Source of the DNA: Camelus dromedarius
Taxonomy: Eukaryota
NCBI RefSeq assembly: GCF_036321535.1
Contig: NC_087436.1
Span: 8,308,001 to 8,372,000, forward strand
Length of the DNA stretch: 64,000 bases
Reading direction: 5' to 3'
Positions 51,086 through 64,000 of the stretch are shown here, in pieces. A model generated the notes under the pieces. It was not told where the DNA came from. It ran no database searches and saw nothing but the letters and a program-made list of their open reading frames with translations. Both the position numbers and the translations under genes were made by a program. The number at the start of each line of letters is the position of its first letter. Within the stretch, counting starts at the first letter, position 1.

Positions 51086-52467
51086 CTAATTACTTATTTG
51101 GAAAAAAACAAACAAACAAACAAAAAAACACTTGTATTTGAATTAACCTGAAGAAAGAATCCATTTTCTTCATTAGTGTGTTTAACTATGATCTTAGGAC
51201 AAAGATTGAAGACAGCTCTTCAGGTCCCCAAAGGATCTTCTTAATGGATATCCTAAGTTCAGAGCTTTCATTTTACCAATGCTGGCCTTAGGCGGTAATA
51301 AATGATGTTTCAAACTGTACACCGAATAAAAGAAGCTACAAATACCCTTGGATCAATAGCCTGGGGTTTTTTCATTATAGTATAATTACTAACATAATTT
51401 AACTCTAATGCCATCTAAAACTGAGTTTAATTACCTAAAGAGAACAAAATGATGAAATACACCATGTGAGGTAAAAAATTACACCAGTTATTTTGGCAAA
51501 TACAGACCTACAGTGGAAACAATTTGCTAGCTAGGTTAGACAATTAGATGGCCATTTCAACTCTACGTTAACAATCTGTGATCACTGAAACTTAAAATGG
51601 TAAGCAATAGCTTTGCCAATGAGTAAATATCACTGGAATGATGTTTCATAAATTTGAAAACAAAAAAAATCTTTCATATCTTCCATCATCTGGCCCCTGC
51701 CCATTTTTATTTTTTAAATTCCACATTGACTTTATTTAACTTTAATAAACATTTTATTCTTTTATTCTTGAATTGGCAAAAATCCCTTTTCTTTTACCAC
51801 TGAAACTTCATCCTTACCTTATGCACGTGTGTCATCTGCCTGAAGGGAGAATGATTGCGACTACTTAATCTGAATGCCTGAAACTTTTGTAAGTCAGTTA
51901 AAAGATTTCATTTGAGTATATCTTTATTTCTTAATTTTTAAACATGATGCAAATACCTTAATTAAAATGTATTTTAATCTAATGGTATCGATATTGTCGA
52001 CCTAAATAAAGCAGTAAACCGAGGCAAGGTGAAATTAACTGAAATTGACCTCATTCGGGAATAGCAGAGGGATTGCGATTTGAGAAACAAGTGCTGTAGC
52101 GAGTTACCGGCACGTGCACCGAGGGTCTGATTTGGGCTGGATCTACAAGCAGGGAGGGCAAAGAGTGGGGAGTCCAGCCAGAGTCCGAGCAGTAAGTTGA
52201 GGCTTGAGGGCAGAGAGAGATTCTTGAGGGTGGAGAGATTTTCTTGGTGGATGTTCATGGGTCAGGAGGTAAATCTCAATCTTCTCTAAACCAGGCATTT
52301 AATGGAAATCAATCTCTTAAATTCTATTCATCTGAGAACACATGCTTGAGATGCTCCATTTTATATCCTCCAGTTCAATTCTGGATTTAAATCCTTTTAC
52401 ATTTTCCCATCTTAATCAAGAACTTTCACAGAAAGCACTGCTGATCAAGCAATTATCATTTAGGCAT

Positions 52468-52512
52468 TTCTTTCTTTCTTTTTCTTTGTTTCTTTTCTTC
52501 CTTCTTTCTTCC

Positions 52513-52591
<79 letters not shown>

Positions 52592-52627
52592 CTCTCTCTT
52601 TCTGTCTGTCTGTCTGTCTGTCTGTCT
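52468..52627. repeat. Compound (TTTC)n/(TGTC)n microsatellite
   Basis: Directly visible. It explains ORFs 52342..52647 and 52460..52657. Confidence 0.95.
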
Positions 52628-52770
52628 TTCCACCATCTTTTTTTTAATCAAAGACATTGTTAGATGGAGTATATATTCAACGGAGCTGAGGAGGACTACC
52701 TTCAGGTGTCTTTTCCCACCAAGGATGGAAAGGACAACTGGATTTTATTGGCCTCATTTTAACAAGTGTC

Positions 52771-53964
52771 AGAAACCTTAGCAATATTCTCCTAGGGTAG
52801 TCTACCCATGCAATAGAAATAAAAGCAAAAATAAACAAATAGGACTTAATTAAACTTATAAGCTTTTGCACAACAAAGGAAACCATAAGCAAAAACAAAA
52901 AGACAACCTAAAGAATGGGAGAAAACATTTGCAAAAGGTGAGACTGACAAGGGCTTAATTTCTAGAATATATAAACAGCTCATACAACTTAATAATAAAA
53001 AACCAACAACCCAATCCAAAAATGGGCAGAAGACCTAAACAAGCAATTCTCTAACAAAGACATACAAATGACCAATAGGCAAGTGAAAAAATACTCAGTA
53101 TCACTAATTATCAGAGAAATCAAAACTACAATGAGGTATCACCTCACACCAGTCAGAATTGCCATCATTCAGAAGTCCACACACAATAAATGCTGGAAAG
53201 GGTGTGGAGAAAAGGGAACCCTCCTACACTACTGGTGGGAATGTGGTTTGGTACAGCCATTATGAAAACAGTATGGAGATTTTTCAAAAGACTAAAAATA
53301 GATTCACCATATGATCCAGCAATCCAATTCCTGGGTATATATCCAGAAGGAACTCTAATTCAAAAAGATACATGCACCCCAAATTTCATAGCAGCACTAT
53401 TTACAATAGCCAAGACATGGAAACAACCTAAATGTCCATGGACAGATTTCTGGATAATGAATATGTGGTATATTTATACAATAGAATACTACTCTGCCAT
53501 GAAAAAGAATAAAATAATGCCATTTGCAACAACATGGATGGACCTAGAGATCATCATACTAAGTGAAGTAAGCCAGAAAGAGAAAGAAAAATACCATATG
53601 ATATCAATTATATGTGGAATCTAAAAAACAAAAACAAAAAAACCCCACACAAATGAACTTATTTACAAAACAGAAACAGACTCTCAGACATAGAGAACAA
53701 ACTTATGGTTGCCAGAGGGGAAAGGAGGTGTGAAGGGATAAACTGAGAGTTTGAGATTTGCAGATACAAACTACTAAATATAAAATAGATAAACGAGTTT
53801 CTGCTGTACAGCACAGGGAACTATATTCAATACCTCGCAGTAACCTTTAATGAAAAAGAATTTGAAAAGGAATATATGTATGTATATGTATGACTGAAAC
53901 ATGATGCTGTGCACCAGAAATTGATACAACATTGTAAACTGACTGTACTTCAATAAAAAAAAAA
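52771..53964 (+). mobile_element. Young L1, 5'-truncated (ORF2 end + 3' UTR + polyA), inside the provirus
   Basis: Continuous L1 sequence ending tgtaaactgactgtacttcaataaaaaaaaaa. No obvious TSD. Confidence 0.95.
53068..53624 (+). pseudogene. L1 ORF2p C-terminal remnant (frameshifted)
   Basis: [13 protein letters not shown]...[18 protein letters not shown] and VWRFFKRLKIDSPYDPAI.FLGIYP...TWKQPKCP...EYYSA are canonical L1 ORF2 C-terminal motifs, split across frames. Confidence 0.93.
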
Positions 53965-54566
53965 TTAGGTTTTGGGAAGTTGTCAAATATCAAAAGATTT
54001 GAACCTCTGAATAAATAAAATCATAAATCATTATGAAATAATAACTGTCTATTTAGCCAAAGAAACAGTAGAAGATGTTAAGGCAAATGCAAAAGGTTAT
54101 ATAGTTTATGAACAAAACTTAGCTCTTTAAGTATTACGAAGACTGAGTTTTCTTAAGTAATCAGATATCTGTTAAAGAGAACACAAAGTGCAGGAAATTA
54201 TTTTAATAAAACACATAATCTTTGCTTTCTAGACAAATTACTTAAAAGATAAAGGAAAACCTTTCACAGTTGCTGATCAAGAAAAGACCAACAGTCCCCC
54301 AAAACGTTGCCCATTAGTCAAATGAAAGAAAATCAAGTTCCAATTTTACAGAAGTACTTTGTTCATATTAAAACTTATTTATAAAATGCTTGTAATAAAT
54401 TAGCTCAATTTTAGCCAGCTTGACCACAAAAGATTATCTCTCTTTCCTTCCCTCTACTTCTCTCTGTCTCTCTCCCTTCATAACTTTCTATTTCCATTTA
54501 GTTTGCTCTCAGTTCTCCCTTTTCCTATTCTGAAATAACCATCTTTAGTTTAAGATGAATTTACTT

Positions 54567-54641
54567 TTTTTTTTTTTTTGAAGTACAATCAATTACATTG
54601 TGTTCATTTCTGGTGTGCAGCACAATGTCCCAGTCGTGCCA
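54567..54641 (-). mobile_element. Very short young L1 3' stub
   Basis: polyT + gaagtacaatcaattacattgtgttcatttctggtgtgcagcacaatgtccc. TSD aatttactt at 54558-54566 and 54642-54650. Confidence 0.85.
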
Positions 54642-55374
54642 AATTTACTTATTTTTTTTTTAACAAAAATGCATCTCTTTCTTAGCCAAAAACACATTCT
54701 ACTTTTTATGCATACAGAGATATTTCTCTTACTATTTCTAGTAGTTTTACCACACATATTAGAATTCTTAACCCTTCGAAACATTAATTTTAGTGAAAAG
54801 TAAGAAGCAGGCAATTGTGGACTGACAAATTTATAGACACATTGTATAACCTCTAGAAGCACATTCTTTCTCCAAGTAAATTTTCCAATGTGGCACAAAA
54901 CATGTTTAATATACCCAACTATCTTTAGTTCCTCTGTAAAAAGAAACCAGTGTGGCTAAACTAATTTTCAGTAATTAATATTGCAGTATTTTATCTTGCT
55001 TGGAAATGATCCAGCTATTTGATGAATATTCATCACTTAAGTTATTTTAGTATAACTTTAAAATTGCATGTTACCAAAAAGATTGGGAAACTATTTTTAA
55101 GTAGACACACTTTAAGTAAAGCATAGTTATTGCTGAAAAGTCCATTTATAAACTTTTATCTTACTTCTATTTAATTTGTTCTTAACAATTATGTTTGGGT
55201 TACTCACGAAATTTTTATGAAACATTAAACAGCTAACCATCATCTTTATCTTTCTTGCTGAAAAATTCCATAACAGAGATAACGTGAGCTTTGACTTCTA
55301 GTAAACCTGGGTAGAGTAACAGTTTCATGACTGCAGTATATTTAATGCTGATAACTTGAAAGACATGCCTATTT

Positions 55375-55553
55375 GTTCGTTTGTTTGTTTTCTTTTGTTG
55401 TTGTTGTTAGTTGGTTGGTTTGGTTTTTATTTTTTTGAGGGGTAAGTAGTTAGGTTTACTTGTTTATTTTTTTAGAGGATGTACCGGGAATTGAACCCAG
55501 GACCTTGTGTATGCTAAGCACGTGCTCTACCACTCAGCTCTACCCTCCCTCCT
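55375..55553 (-). mobile_element. Camelid vic-1-like SINE inside the provirus
   Basis: ttgaacccaggaccttgtgtatgctaagcacgtgctctaccactcagctctaccctcc. TSD aagacatgcctattt / aagacattcctgttt. Confidence 0.93.
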
Positions 55554-57649
55554 AAGACATTCCTGTTTTAATTAAACAGACAAACAAAACTTAAAAGTAA
55601 CTTTTATTTACCAAAGATTATGTCAGATCACATAAACTAGAAAAAAAAACAATTGAGTTTCAATATTTCTGAGAGTCTAGAAATACTTCATTTGATAAGC
55701 TCTTATTTTTACAAGCCAATTAAATAGAGCTCTTTTACAAATAAATTTTGGAAGCACCTTCCAGAGGTAGAAAAATATCACATCGATGACGTACATATAA
55801 ACCTACAGACAGAGGCAAACAGAGTTCTTACAGCTTTTATTTTAAAATTTTAGCCATGAGACAGGCACAATAATGCAAGTTTTCCTGTGACAGTCAGATC
55901 CCAGTTGTGTTTCTGGCAGATGGAATAAGTTAATGTTACCTGCTCAGCTGACGAACTTTTTACTGATACTTATAAGGAAGACTCAAGATTTTTTATTTGC
56001 CTAAATTCCAAATAGCTTTTTCATTTGTTTTTTTGTTTTCCTTCTGACAAGAATTTCCTCTTTGAAGTTTGCATTTCAAACAGATGCCTAGATCAGAGGT
56101 CCTGGAGAAGACTGGGTAGAATATTTACATCTCAAAGGCACAGGGAAAGAATGCAAGTTCCTCAAAGAGAGACTTTTATTTCTTAAATACAGATCTTACA
56201 TAATATCTACAAGCCTTTTGAGATAAGTATGGGAGGTTTGGGGACTGAAAAAAGGACTGGTGGACTTTGAATGGCTTTGAGAGCTGCCTTTGAGAGCTGC
56301 TAGTTCTGTTCTTGCAAAGACCAAGTGTGGTTGTTTTTTAATCCCTCAAGCAATTTGTTGCCACTTAAATGACATTGTACGTAGGTAGATCCACTCATCC
56401 AACTACATTATCTTCAATTTGCTTCTTTAGATCCTGGAGAAGGTCTTCAACTAAGATGAACATCAAAAGATTCCTATGTTCTGGAATTTTAGAGCTTTGC
56501 CTTTGGAATGTTTTAATAAATCCTTCCACAAAAGCTTCAGAGTGTTTTTCCTTCCATCTAGGAATATGTTTTGATTTGGCTTACTGGAGAATACTTAAAA
56601 AAAATTCTACCAGGTTCTGAAAGTTGGCTTCCAATTTAGCTAACCTCTGATCATAAAGCAACTGACAAAAATTCTTTCAAATATTTTGTCAGGTTTTAGC
56701 TGGGACAAATAGTAAATATTTCTGGAAGAATTGAATGAAACTTTGGACTCAAGAAGTGTCCCTGAAGAGGGCCAAAAAGACCCTACCCTCCAAGATGCAA
56801 AGTCATTCTCAAAGATAACCAAAAGAAAGAAAGATTTCGACAATTCCCCTGGGGGCTGGCAGGAATTCATAGGACCCTAGCTGCAACTGGAGTCCAACCC
56901 ACATTTTTGTCTAGCCATACATATATAGTTGGAAATGAGATGCAACTCACATTTCTGACCTGCCGTACTTGGGGGCCTCCAACCTGACAGTTGTCAAGCC
57001 AAGTTCTCGGGACACAAGACAAAACAAACAAGAAGACAACAGCTGTCTCCAGGAGAGAAAGGCTCAATGACAAATGCGTCAGGATTTGGGAAGGACGGGA
57101 CACCGTGAAATTTTCCCTTCTTCTCTTGACTGGGGACTACAGACAGAGGTTTGGGAGAGCGGACCTAGTAAGGATTCTTGCCCGTTGCTGGCTTCTGCCA
57201 GTTTTCCGAGGCTCCTAGCTGCAGGCTCTGGAATGAGTCGGGTTTAAGTCAGTGTATCTCTGGTATCTCCCAGAATTTGGCAAGGTTCTGTATTAATTTG
57301 AATTCTAGTTTCCCTTCAGCTGCTTAAGGGACTAACTTGTAGCACTTAACTCTGAATCCCTGGGAGTCCTCTCGACAGTGGGAGGGACCCATTTGCTGGA
57401 ATTTCTTTACACCAAGGTATGACGGTGTCTGTAAGGTCATTACTTTGGTGGACTTTTGTTGATAGTCTCTTTAAAGTGGAAAGATAATTTAGAGAGGATT
57501 AGTAAAACAGGTACTCAAATAAAGAAGGCCAGAAAGGAACAGCAGGGGTTATCTCAGTCTTACAGTCTCTTATTTTAGGTACCTAGTGTATCTTTGATTT
57601 TTCATTAACATTTTTAGTGAATTCTTCAGTGAAGCTATTTTGGAATTTT

Positions 57650-57800
57650 GGAGACTCTGGATAATTCTGCCAATTAAAATAGTTCTCTCATTTTGTTTGA
57701 CTTGGGAACCCTTGTTTTCAAGTGAACTTTTTAGATAAACAATTGTGTCTAATTAGAACATTCCTCATAATGCCATTGTCATTCTAGGTTGTATTTTAAT
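57650..57800 (-). pseudogene. ERV1 gag matrix-region remnant
   Basis: Minus-strand translation across frameshifts: NLE*QW / L*GMF*LDTIVYLKSSLENKGSQVKQNE / YFNW. Resembles class I ERV gag N-termini as I recall them and lies just downstream of the 5' LTR/leader. Confidence 0.6.
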
Positions 57801-58689
57801 TTTAGCTTTGCTCTCAATAAAATCCTCAAGTTTAAATCTAAACCAAGCACACCCCAACTCAGAAATCAAAAATGTACTCATCAGAGGACCATCTGTTTTT
57901 ATCTAAATCCTGAATAAAGCTGGAGAGCTTGACCAAAGGAGGGAGGAGACTCACCAAACCAGAAGCAGATAGTGACTTAAGAAGCACTGAGCGCCAGGAG
58001 CTCAGTGCGGGTCCTTCCTACGATTCTGAGGGTTGGAAGGGTTGTCATCCTTTTGGGGGTCCTCTCCTTCCGATCCCACTTTCTATGGCCTTTGAATGTC
58101 AAACTGAAGCAAGCCCAATTTACCTGATATTGAAATGGCTTGAGAATAGCAGAGGAATTGCAATTTGGGAATCCCACGCTGAAGTAGGCTACGGGCAAGT
58201 CCACTGAGGGTTTGAGTTGGGCTGTATTTACAAGAAGGAGTGCAAAGAAAGGGGAATTCAGCCAGAGTCTGAGCCACAAATGCATTGGTTAGAAGACAGA
58301 GACAGATTCTTGGTGGATGTTCATGGGTCAGGAGATAATACTCAGTCTTCTGTAAATCAGGCATTGAATCGAAATCAGTCTCTCGGTTCTTCAGTCCAGT
58401 TCTTCTGAAGGTGCGTGCATGAGATTCTGCATTTCATCTCCTCCAGTGCCATTCTAGATTAAAATTCTTTTGCAATATTATTTCTATAGGTAGCTTATAT
58501 ATTTTATGCAATCTTCAATCATTAAGAGGAATATGTATGTATAGACATATATAATATCACATAATATAAGATACATTTTAATGTCTTTTATATTTAATGT
58601 AATATAATATAACATACACACGAATGTATGTATATATATAATCATTTTAATCATTTTAGTGCAAAATAATCCCGTCGAAGGGGCCATGC

Positions 58690-58850
58690 CACTTGTGTGT
58701 GTAGTTTAACAAATAATTACAAACTGAATACCCATAAGACCCCAGCAGAAGAAATGGAATATTAGAAGCACTGTAGAAGTCCCCTGTGTACCCTGTCCCT
58801 GAAAATAACCATTTCTCCCCCCAGAGGAAACTACTCTTCTGCAATTCACT
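58690..58850 (-). mobile_element. Old L1 (L1ME-like) 3' end fragment
   Basis: gaagtcccctgtgtaccc...ccccagaggaaactactcttctg. Confidence 0.55.
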
Positions 58851-59004
58851 GTGCTAAGATGAAAAACAAGGCTCATTTACTTCATTTAGGATCTGTAGGC
58901 ATCTCTTTAATAGTTACACATTATTTTTTTTGGAAGATCTCCATGAAAGTAATGATGGGTACCATTTATAAGCCCGCAGGATGTGTTAAACTATTCAAAG
59001 CTGT

Positions 59005-59150
59005 TCACATACAGAATTTCACCTCGCTATGACAGCAACTTTCTGAGGCAGGTTCTTATGATCCCATTTCACAAATGAGGAAACTGAGGCTTAGGTGAGT
59101 TAAATGGGTGTTTAAATTTACAGAGACAGGAACTGGAATGTCTATTATCA
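59005..59150 (-). mobile_element. MIR SINE fragment
   Basis: atcccatttcacaaatgaggaaactgaggcttaggtgagttaaatg (MIR core). Confidence 0.8.
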
Positions 59151-62100
59151 TGACCAGTGTGGCACCCAACATGGTAACAACACTCACTGAGAAACAGTCC
59201 TTTTAGTCAGCGAAGCATTTTTGTGCCAGTATCACAGAGGGTTTCTAGGTAAAATACCAAAGTGAGATACTGAATTGGATGAAAACAGTATTTCGATTAG
59301 ATCAGCAGATAAATGAGTTAAAATTGATCAGCTGAATGTGCTCCCCTGTAATCAGTTTAATTTTTTTCACTTAAAATATTCCCTTAAGATATGGCACGAA
59401 AGATTAGAAAAGAGTTATTTTAAAAAACTAAACACTCGATTACACTTTACTTTCAAACAGCTTTTAAATTATCAGAGATAGCTATAAATGCCAAGGAGAT
59501 AACTTTATTTTAATACATTAGAAAAGTATATTTATGTAGATGACGTGAGAGTGAGTTTTCAAGTCTGAATTCAATGACGTCTCATTAGCAACTTGACATT
59601 GGCCTTGGTGGGAGGATTTACAAACACAGAAATTGACAAGCACCAAAACACTGGGCATTTTTCTCTCACAGAGTTGGCTTAAGCACTTACTTTTGATGTA
59701 ACCTTACTTTATGTATGATTTTGTTATCATTCTAAAATGTCTCCAGTTTTCTCATCAAAGAACATTTTCTCAGATGAAAAATTAAAATGTAGATTCAGTC
59801 AACCTATCTCAATTCAATATCTATTAAATGTTTTTGTGTATGGAGCCTCAGATGCTAAAAAACTATACACAAACAAGATACAGATTCTGTCCTTCTGTGT
59901 TTTAATGTATAGTAAGAACTTGTAGATTACACTGTTTAAATATAACCTTATATATAATGTGTTGTGTAAGTTTGTCCAGACCCACACAATTTTGCAAGGG
60001 AAGAGTACATTGTTAATATTTATACTGGGGTTGTAGGCGTAACGTGGGAGTTTAGAGGGAAAGAAAGAACGCCTGCACAGATACAGTACCAAGAAGCGAG
60101 GCAGTGATGACAGATTTGAAAGATGTCAATTTTAACTGATGCTCTCAGTTTAACCAGGCGTTATCCAGGTGAAAAATGGTGAAAGGAGCATTTTAGGTCA
60201 AGCAGGAGATAAGGAGATAAAGCATTTTCATTATAGTATAAATCAGTGCAAGGTTGCAATACGTCTTTAACTGAGAAAGTCTCCCTCATAGAGAAGTAGA
60301 TGTATATGCGTGTGTGTATACATAGCCAAGCATATATTTTTAAGATCTATAGAGAGAGGTATCAATATCTATACTCATACTGTGTCTTATGCTGCAGCTA
60401 CACTGAACGCTTCCAAATCCTAAAGAAGATATTTTCCCTTTTGGCTCTTGGTCTTCAGATATCTTCAGCATTTGGCATGGAGCGGGGATTCTCAGAGGTG
60501 GTCTGTGAACCAGTTGCTACCAATCCATCTAGGATGCTATAAAGAACTCAACCCATTTAAAAAATGATTTGACATGTGCATGCAGCAACACACACAAGTT
60601 TAGCATCCAAATTTATAATCCCACCTGCTCTCACATCGCTGTCCTTGAACAGAGTAAAATAACCCGCAGTTCAAAGAGAGGCTGGAGGAACATGTCAGCC
60701 AAAAGTAAAGGTAAGAAACATAAATTCCCTTCTAATGTTAATGTTTAATATCTTAGTTACTTGTCTTCCAAGCCTGTCTTAGAAGATATCTAGCTCTGTG
60801 TTAAGTCAAAAATAAACCGTCTTTATCCTTTCCCCCACCCAATTGTTTAATTTCAGGTAAAAGAGAAATAACACCAAATGCTTAGATTTATCAATTACTG
60901 TATGTTGTTGTCTTATTGAGTGGCAATCTTCCAATCTGGTAGACTCTTCAGTCTGATTCAAGTAGTAATTGTTAGAATTACTGGAATCAGAATTCCTGTT
61001 ACCCCCAACATCAGATCAAAGACACTGGACATCTTTTTTCCAGGCTTATTTACTGAGTGAACATTAATTTACAGTCTTGTAGGCTGGGCAGATAGGTGTC
61101 CTGGTATTAACAGGAGACCACGTTAGTCCCTACTTCTGTTGACATATCAACTGTTTCCTCTAAAACAAGTTTCCAGTTGGCTAAGTAAGAAATTTCCTCT
61201 TGCTCGGGAGAGACATTTGATTGAAATTGATACTTTTATAATTAAATCCACAGGAAGAAATGCAAACCTACATAGTGAGAGGAAAGGAAATTGTTTTATT
61301 ATTAAGATCTGGACATGTGCTATGAATGGATTGAAAAGATTTTCGAAACAAAACTATTCTATTAAGTTAATAAGCAGGCTATCTGGGTTAATTGTAAGAT
61401 TTGCCCATTGGTAATGTGGTTACTATAGACGAGAGTCTGTGTATGAAGTTTTAAAATAATGACTTAAACAAACAAATAAATGATCCAAATACAAAGAATG
61501 AGTCAGGAGAGTGACACTGCATTAGAACAAAATGGTTTTATAAAAGGAGAGGAAATATTTGGTAATGCTAGCCCCTAACACCAGCCCTTCAGCAGAAAGT
61601 GACAGTAAAGCATGAGGAAATAGCATTAAGGCTCTAGGAAGCAATAAGAATTAATGATCAATGTCTTAAGCCTGTTATTTTGAACACAAGGAAAAACACA
61701 TTTAATAATTAAGGTGGATTCACAAAATTTAATCTCACTGGATGTCTTAGCAATGGAGGGCATAAAGAAAAAGGGAGTTTAAATCAACACAAGTACATCG
61801 CAAATAATAAACTGAAATTCATCCAGCACTCACTCATCCCCTCACTCCTGAACTCATAAATATTTGTGGAGGTACTTTCAAATATGAATTAAACTTTTAC
61901 CAATTTCATGGACAAGGCTTACTGTAAGAGGATTACTGTTTCTCGTTGGCAGTATACATTTGTTTTTCTCTTCAAGTTGGACGGTTTGAAGAATCTGGAT
62001 TATACATCGCTTGAAACAATCTTAATAGAAAGCATGATATCATAGAGTCAAAATCAGGGAGCTGAAATTGCAAAAATTTGGGATTCTGAACAAGTTTATG

Positions 62101-62706
62101 AATCTAAGATATAGGAAAATTAGTGACTAATTGAAAGTATTATTAAATGCATATGACACACGGTTACTGTGCAGGGTCGAATATTAAGTAGGAAGTGGAA
62201 ACAAAATGACTGCTTCTACTTTTGAAAACACTGACGTGGAAATATTTGACCAAAAAATGGAAGAGCAGTTAAGTAAAATTCGATCCAGAAAAAATACTTG
62301 TAACTTGGGGTTTATAGATCTGACTTGTCTTTTTTCTTAAAGAAGTTTACTGTGATGACTTGGAAAATTTTTAAAAAGGGTAAATACTTGTAGGTGGAAA
62401 GGTCATTTGGAAACTGAAGAGAAATTCAGCTGTGAGAAAAATTAGGGAAATTGTGCAACATTATCAAAGATCAATAATAAGAAATATTAAGAAAATAACA
62501 GGTAAGCCAAGTCCTGGGGGAAAATACTCTGAGAAAAGACTAGTATCCAGAATATATAAAGAAAAAAGCCTAAATACATTTTTAATTTGAAATAACTTTT
62601 ACATTTGTTTTGTTGGCTTGAATAAGTATACTTTAGTATCTGAATTCATTTCAAATCAAGCATATAGTGACAGTGTTGGGAAAGGCAGTCTCTTGTGCAT
62701 GCAATC

Positions 62707-62834
62707 TTTTTTTTTTTTTTCACCTTTAAAAAAATTTTATTTTATTGAGATAGAATTAGTATAACTTTGTGTGAATTTAAGATGTATGATGTGTTGACTT
62801 GATACATTTAGATATTGCAGCATGATGACCACCA
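62707..62834 (-). mobile_element. L1MA-type 3' end stub
   Basis: polyT + tttattgagatag...tttaagatgtatgatgtgttgacttgatacattt...atgaccacc. Confidence 0.7.
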
Positions 62835-63340
62835 CCTCTGTGCACACAGTCTTTTGAGTCTTGTATACTGGGCAGTACAAAAATGGGGCACCCCTGGGGT
62901 TCCACTTCCTCACCAAGAGCTAAAGAGACATCACAACCCAACCCGTGCAGGCTTATCACATTGTGTGGGATGATCCTTCCCTGTTTCCAACTCAGTGTGT
63001 GCTCCTTTCCTCTACTCAAGTGTGTGTGAAACGGCACCTCACCAACCCCCCTACTACTCTGCCTGCATTGGGAAGGGGAGGAGGTCCTTCATTCTACTCC
63101 ACAAGAGGGATTGTGTCCCTGTCTGCTGCCACTGGAGGAGACCCCACGACCATGGGGGGACCAATGCCCACTACTGAAGCTGATCTCACTCTGTTTCTTC
63201 TCTCTGAGAAGAAAGCCTTGTTCCGTCTTGAGGTGGACTGTACTGTGTCTTCCTTGAAGACTCTAACACCAAGATGCAGTGAGCAGAAGTGCTCAGACTT
63301 CTGCTCCTGGTGATGGACAAAGGATGCCACTGGTATGACA
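62835..63340 (+). mobile_element. ERVL LTR, MER54/MER74-like (5'-truncated)
   Basis: caccaagatgcagtgagcagaagtgctcagacttctgctcctggtgat...gatgccactggtatgaca terminus. Confidence 0.7.
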
Positions 63341-64000
63341 GTTAGACTACACCTAAAATGGAAATAAAAGACTTATTGAATTACTACAGAGGAAGAGTTA
63401 CCAAAAAAAGAGTTAACAATCTAAAGAAAATTTGAAGTACATAGCCTCAAAGTTTCTTTGCTATTGTAGAAGAAAATCTTGGGGTGGAAATGAAAAGTTT
63501 GAGAATGAAAGTAGAAGAAGTATACAAAGTATATATACATAAAACTAGAAAAGGAGTGATTTATCATTTTTGTGTGTGTGCTGAATAAACATTTTCTAGT
63601 AGACTTAGAGGAGATGTATTTTTATTTTGAAATAAATGCTAAAATAGGAATTTTCAACAATGAAATATGTCATATGATATTTTACATCACCTAATTATTC
63701 AAATAACAATGATGATCATATTTATCACTAATATAACTGCTATTACCAATAGAATAATAACATGAAAGTCCTAATTTGGAGAATCGGTAGGTTTATAGAT
63801 ATAAAGCACTCCAATATGCCATTTTTCCTATTTGAATAAGAATACAATATTTCCAAGTACCAGTCAATCTTAATGCATAAGTGAATTTCAAATATGTCTA
63901 CATTGTCCCTTTATTTAAGTAAGCAAACATTATGTGGGTTAAAATTATATGCCAAAAAGCCCACTCTTAAGTGATGACTTTTTATAAAAGTATATACCCA

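Larger units (their letters stand above)
51995..58474 (-). mobile_element. Defective ERV1 (MER4-group-like) provirus with both LTRs
   Basis: Homologous LTRs at 51995-52401 (3') and 58097-58474 (5'), both with TG..CA ends. TSD atat at 51991-51994 and 58475-58478. Polypurine tract aagatgggaaaa (minus strand) at 52402-52413. Degenerate gag. Confidence 0.88.

Noticed and set aside
53190..53624. 144-aa ORF as a host gene
   Set aside because: It is the L1 ORF2 C-terminus in a 5'-truncated, frameshifted copy
60459..60716. Possible exon: polypyrimidine-AG acceptor, aacATGTCAGCCAAAAGTAAAG|GTAAGA (MSAKSK)
   Set aside because: Such splice motifs occur several times by chance in 64 kb, and no partner coding exons were found. 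RNA-seq junction reads would be needed.
1..64000. CRISPR array, operon or other prokaryote-style system
   Set aside because: Mammalian repeat-rich DNA. The tandem repeats are microsatellites or simple duplications without spacers.

Overview
AT-rich, repeat-dense mammalian non-coding DNA (intergenic or intronic). Six tRNA(Ala)-derived SINEs with the GGGGAGGGTATAGCTCA...CCTAATTACCTCCCC structure of the camelid vic-1 SINE, plus young artiodactyl-type L1 3' ends, point to a camelid genome (inference). I found no supportable host protein-coding gene or RNA gene. The ORF track is chance ORFs and repeat debris; the only recognisable proteins are an L1 ORF2 C-terminus and a dead ERV1 gag remnant. The window holds old and young L1s, MIR/L2 fragments, MaLR elements, a Tigger5/MER47 transposon, about eight solo LTRs (several with intact target-site duplications, TSDs) and a 6.5-kb defective ERV1 provirus with both LTRs, a polypurine tract and a TSD. 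The most notable unexplained structures are: a gap-free 160-bp inverted duplication (9206-9365 vs 21726-21885, 134/160 identical) whose second copy replaces part of an L1; two L1 stubs with candidate 3' transductions; a polyadenylated LTR fragment retroposed into an L1; a GC-shifted patch of an old L1; and an abrupt GC-rich block at about 28.9-29.7 kb. Repeat family names come from my recollection of consensus sequences, not a database search. I see no evidence of a novel multi-gene system.
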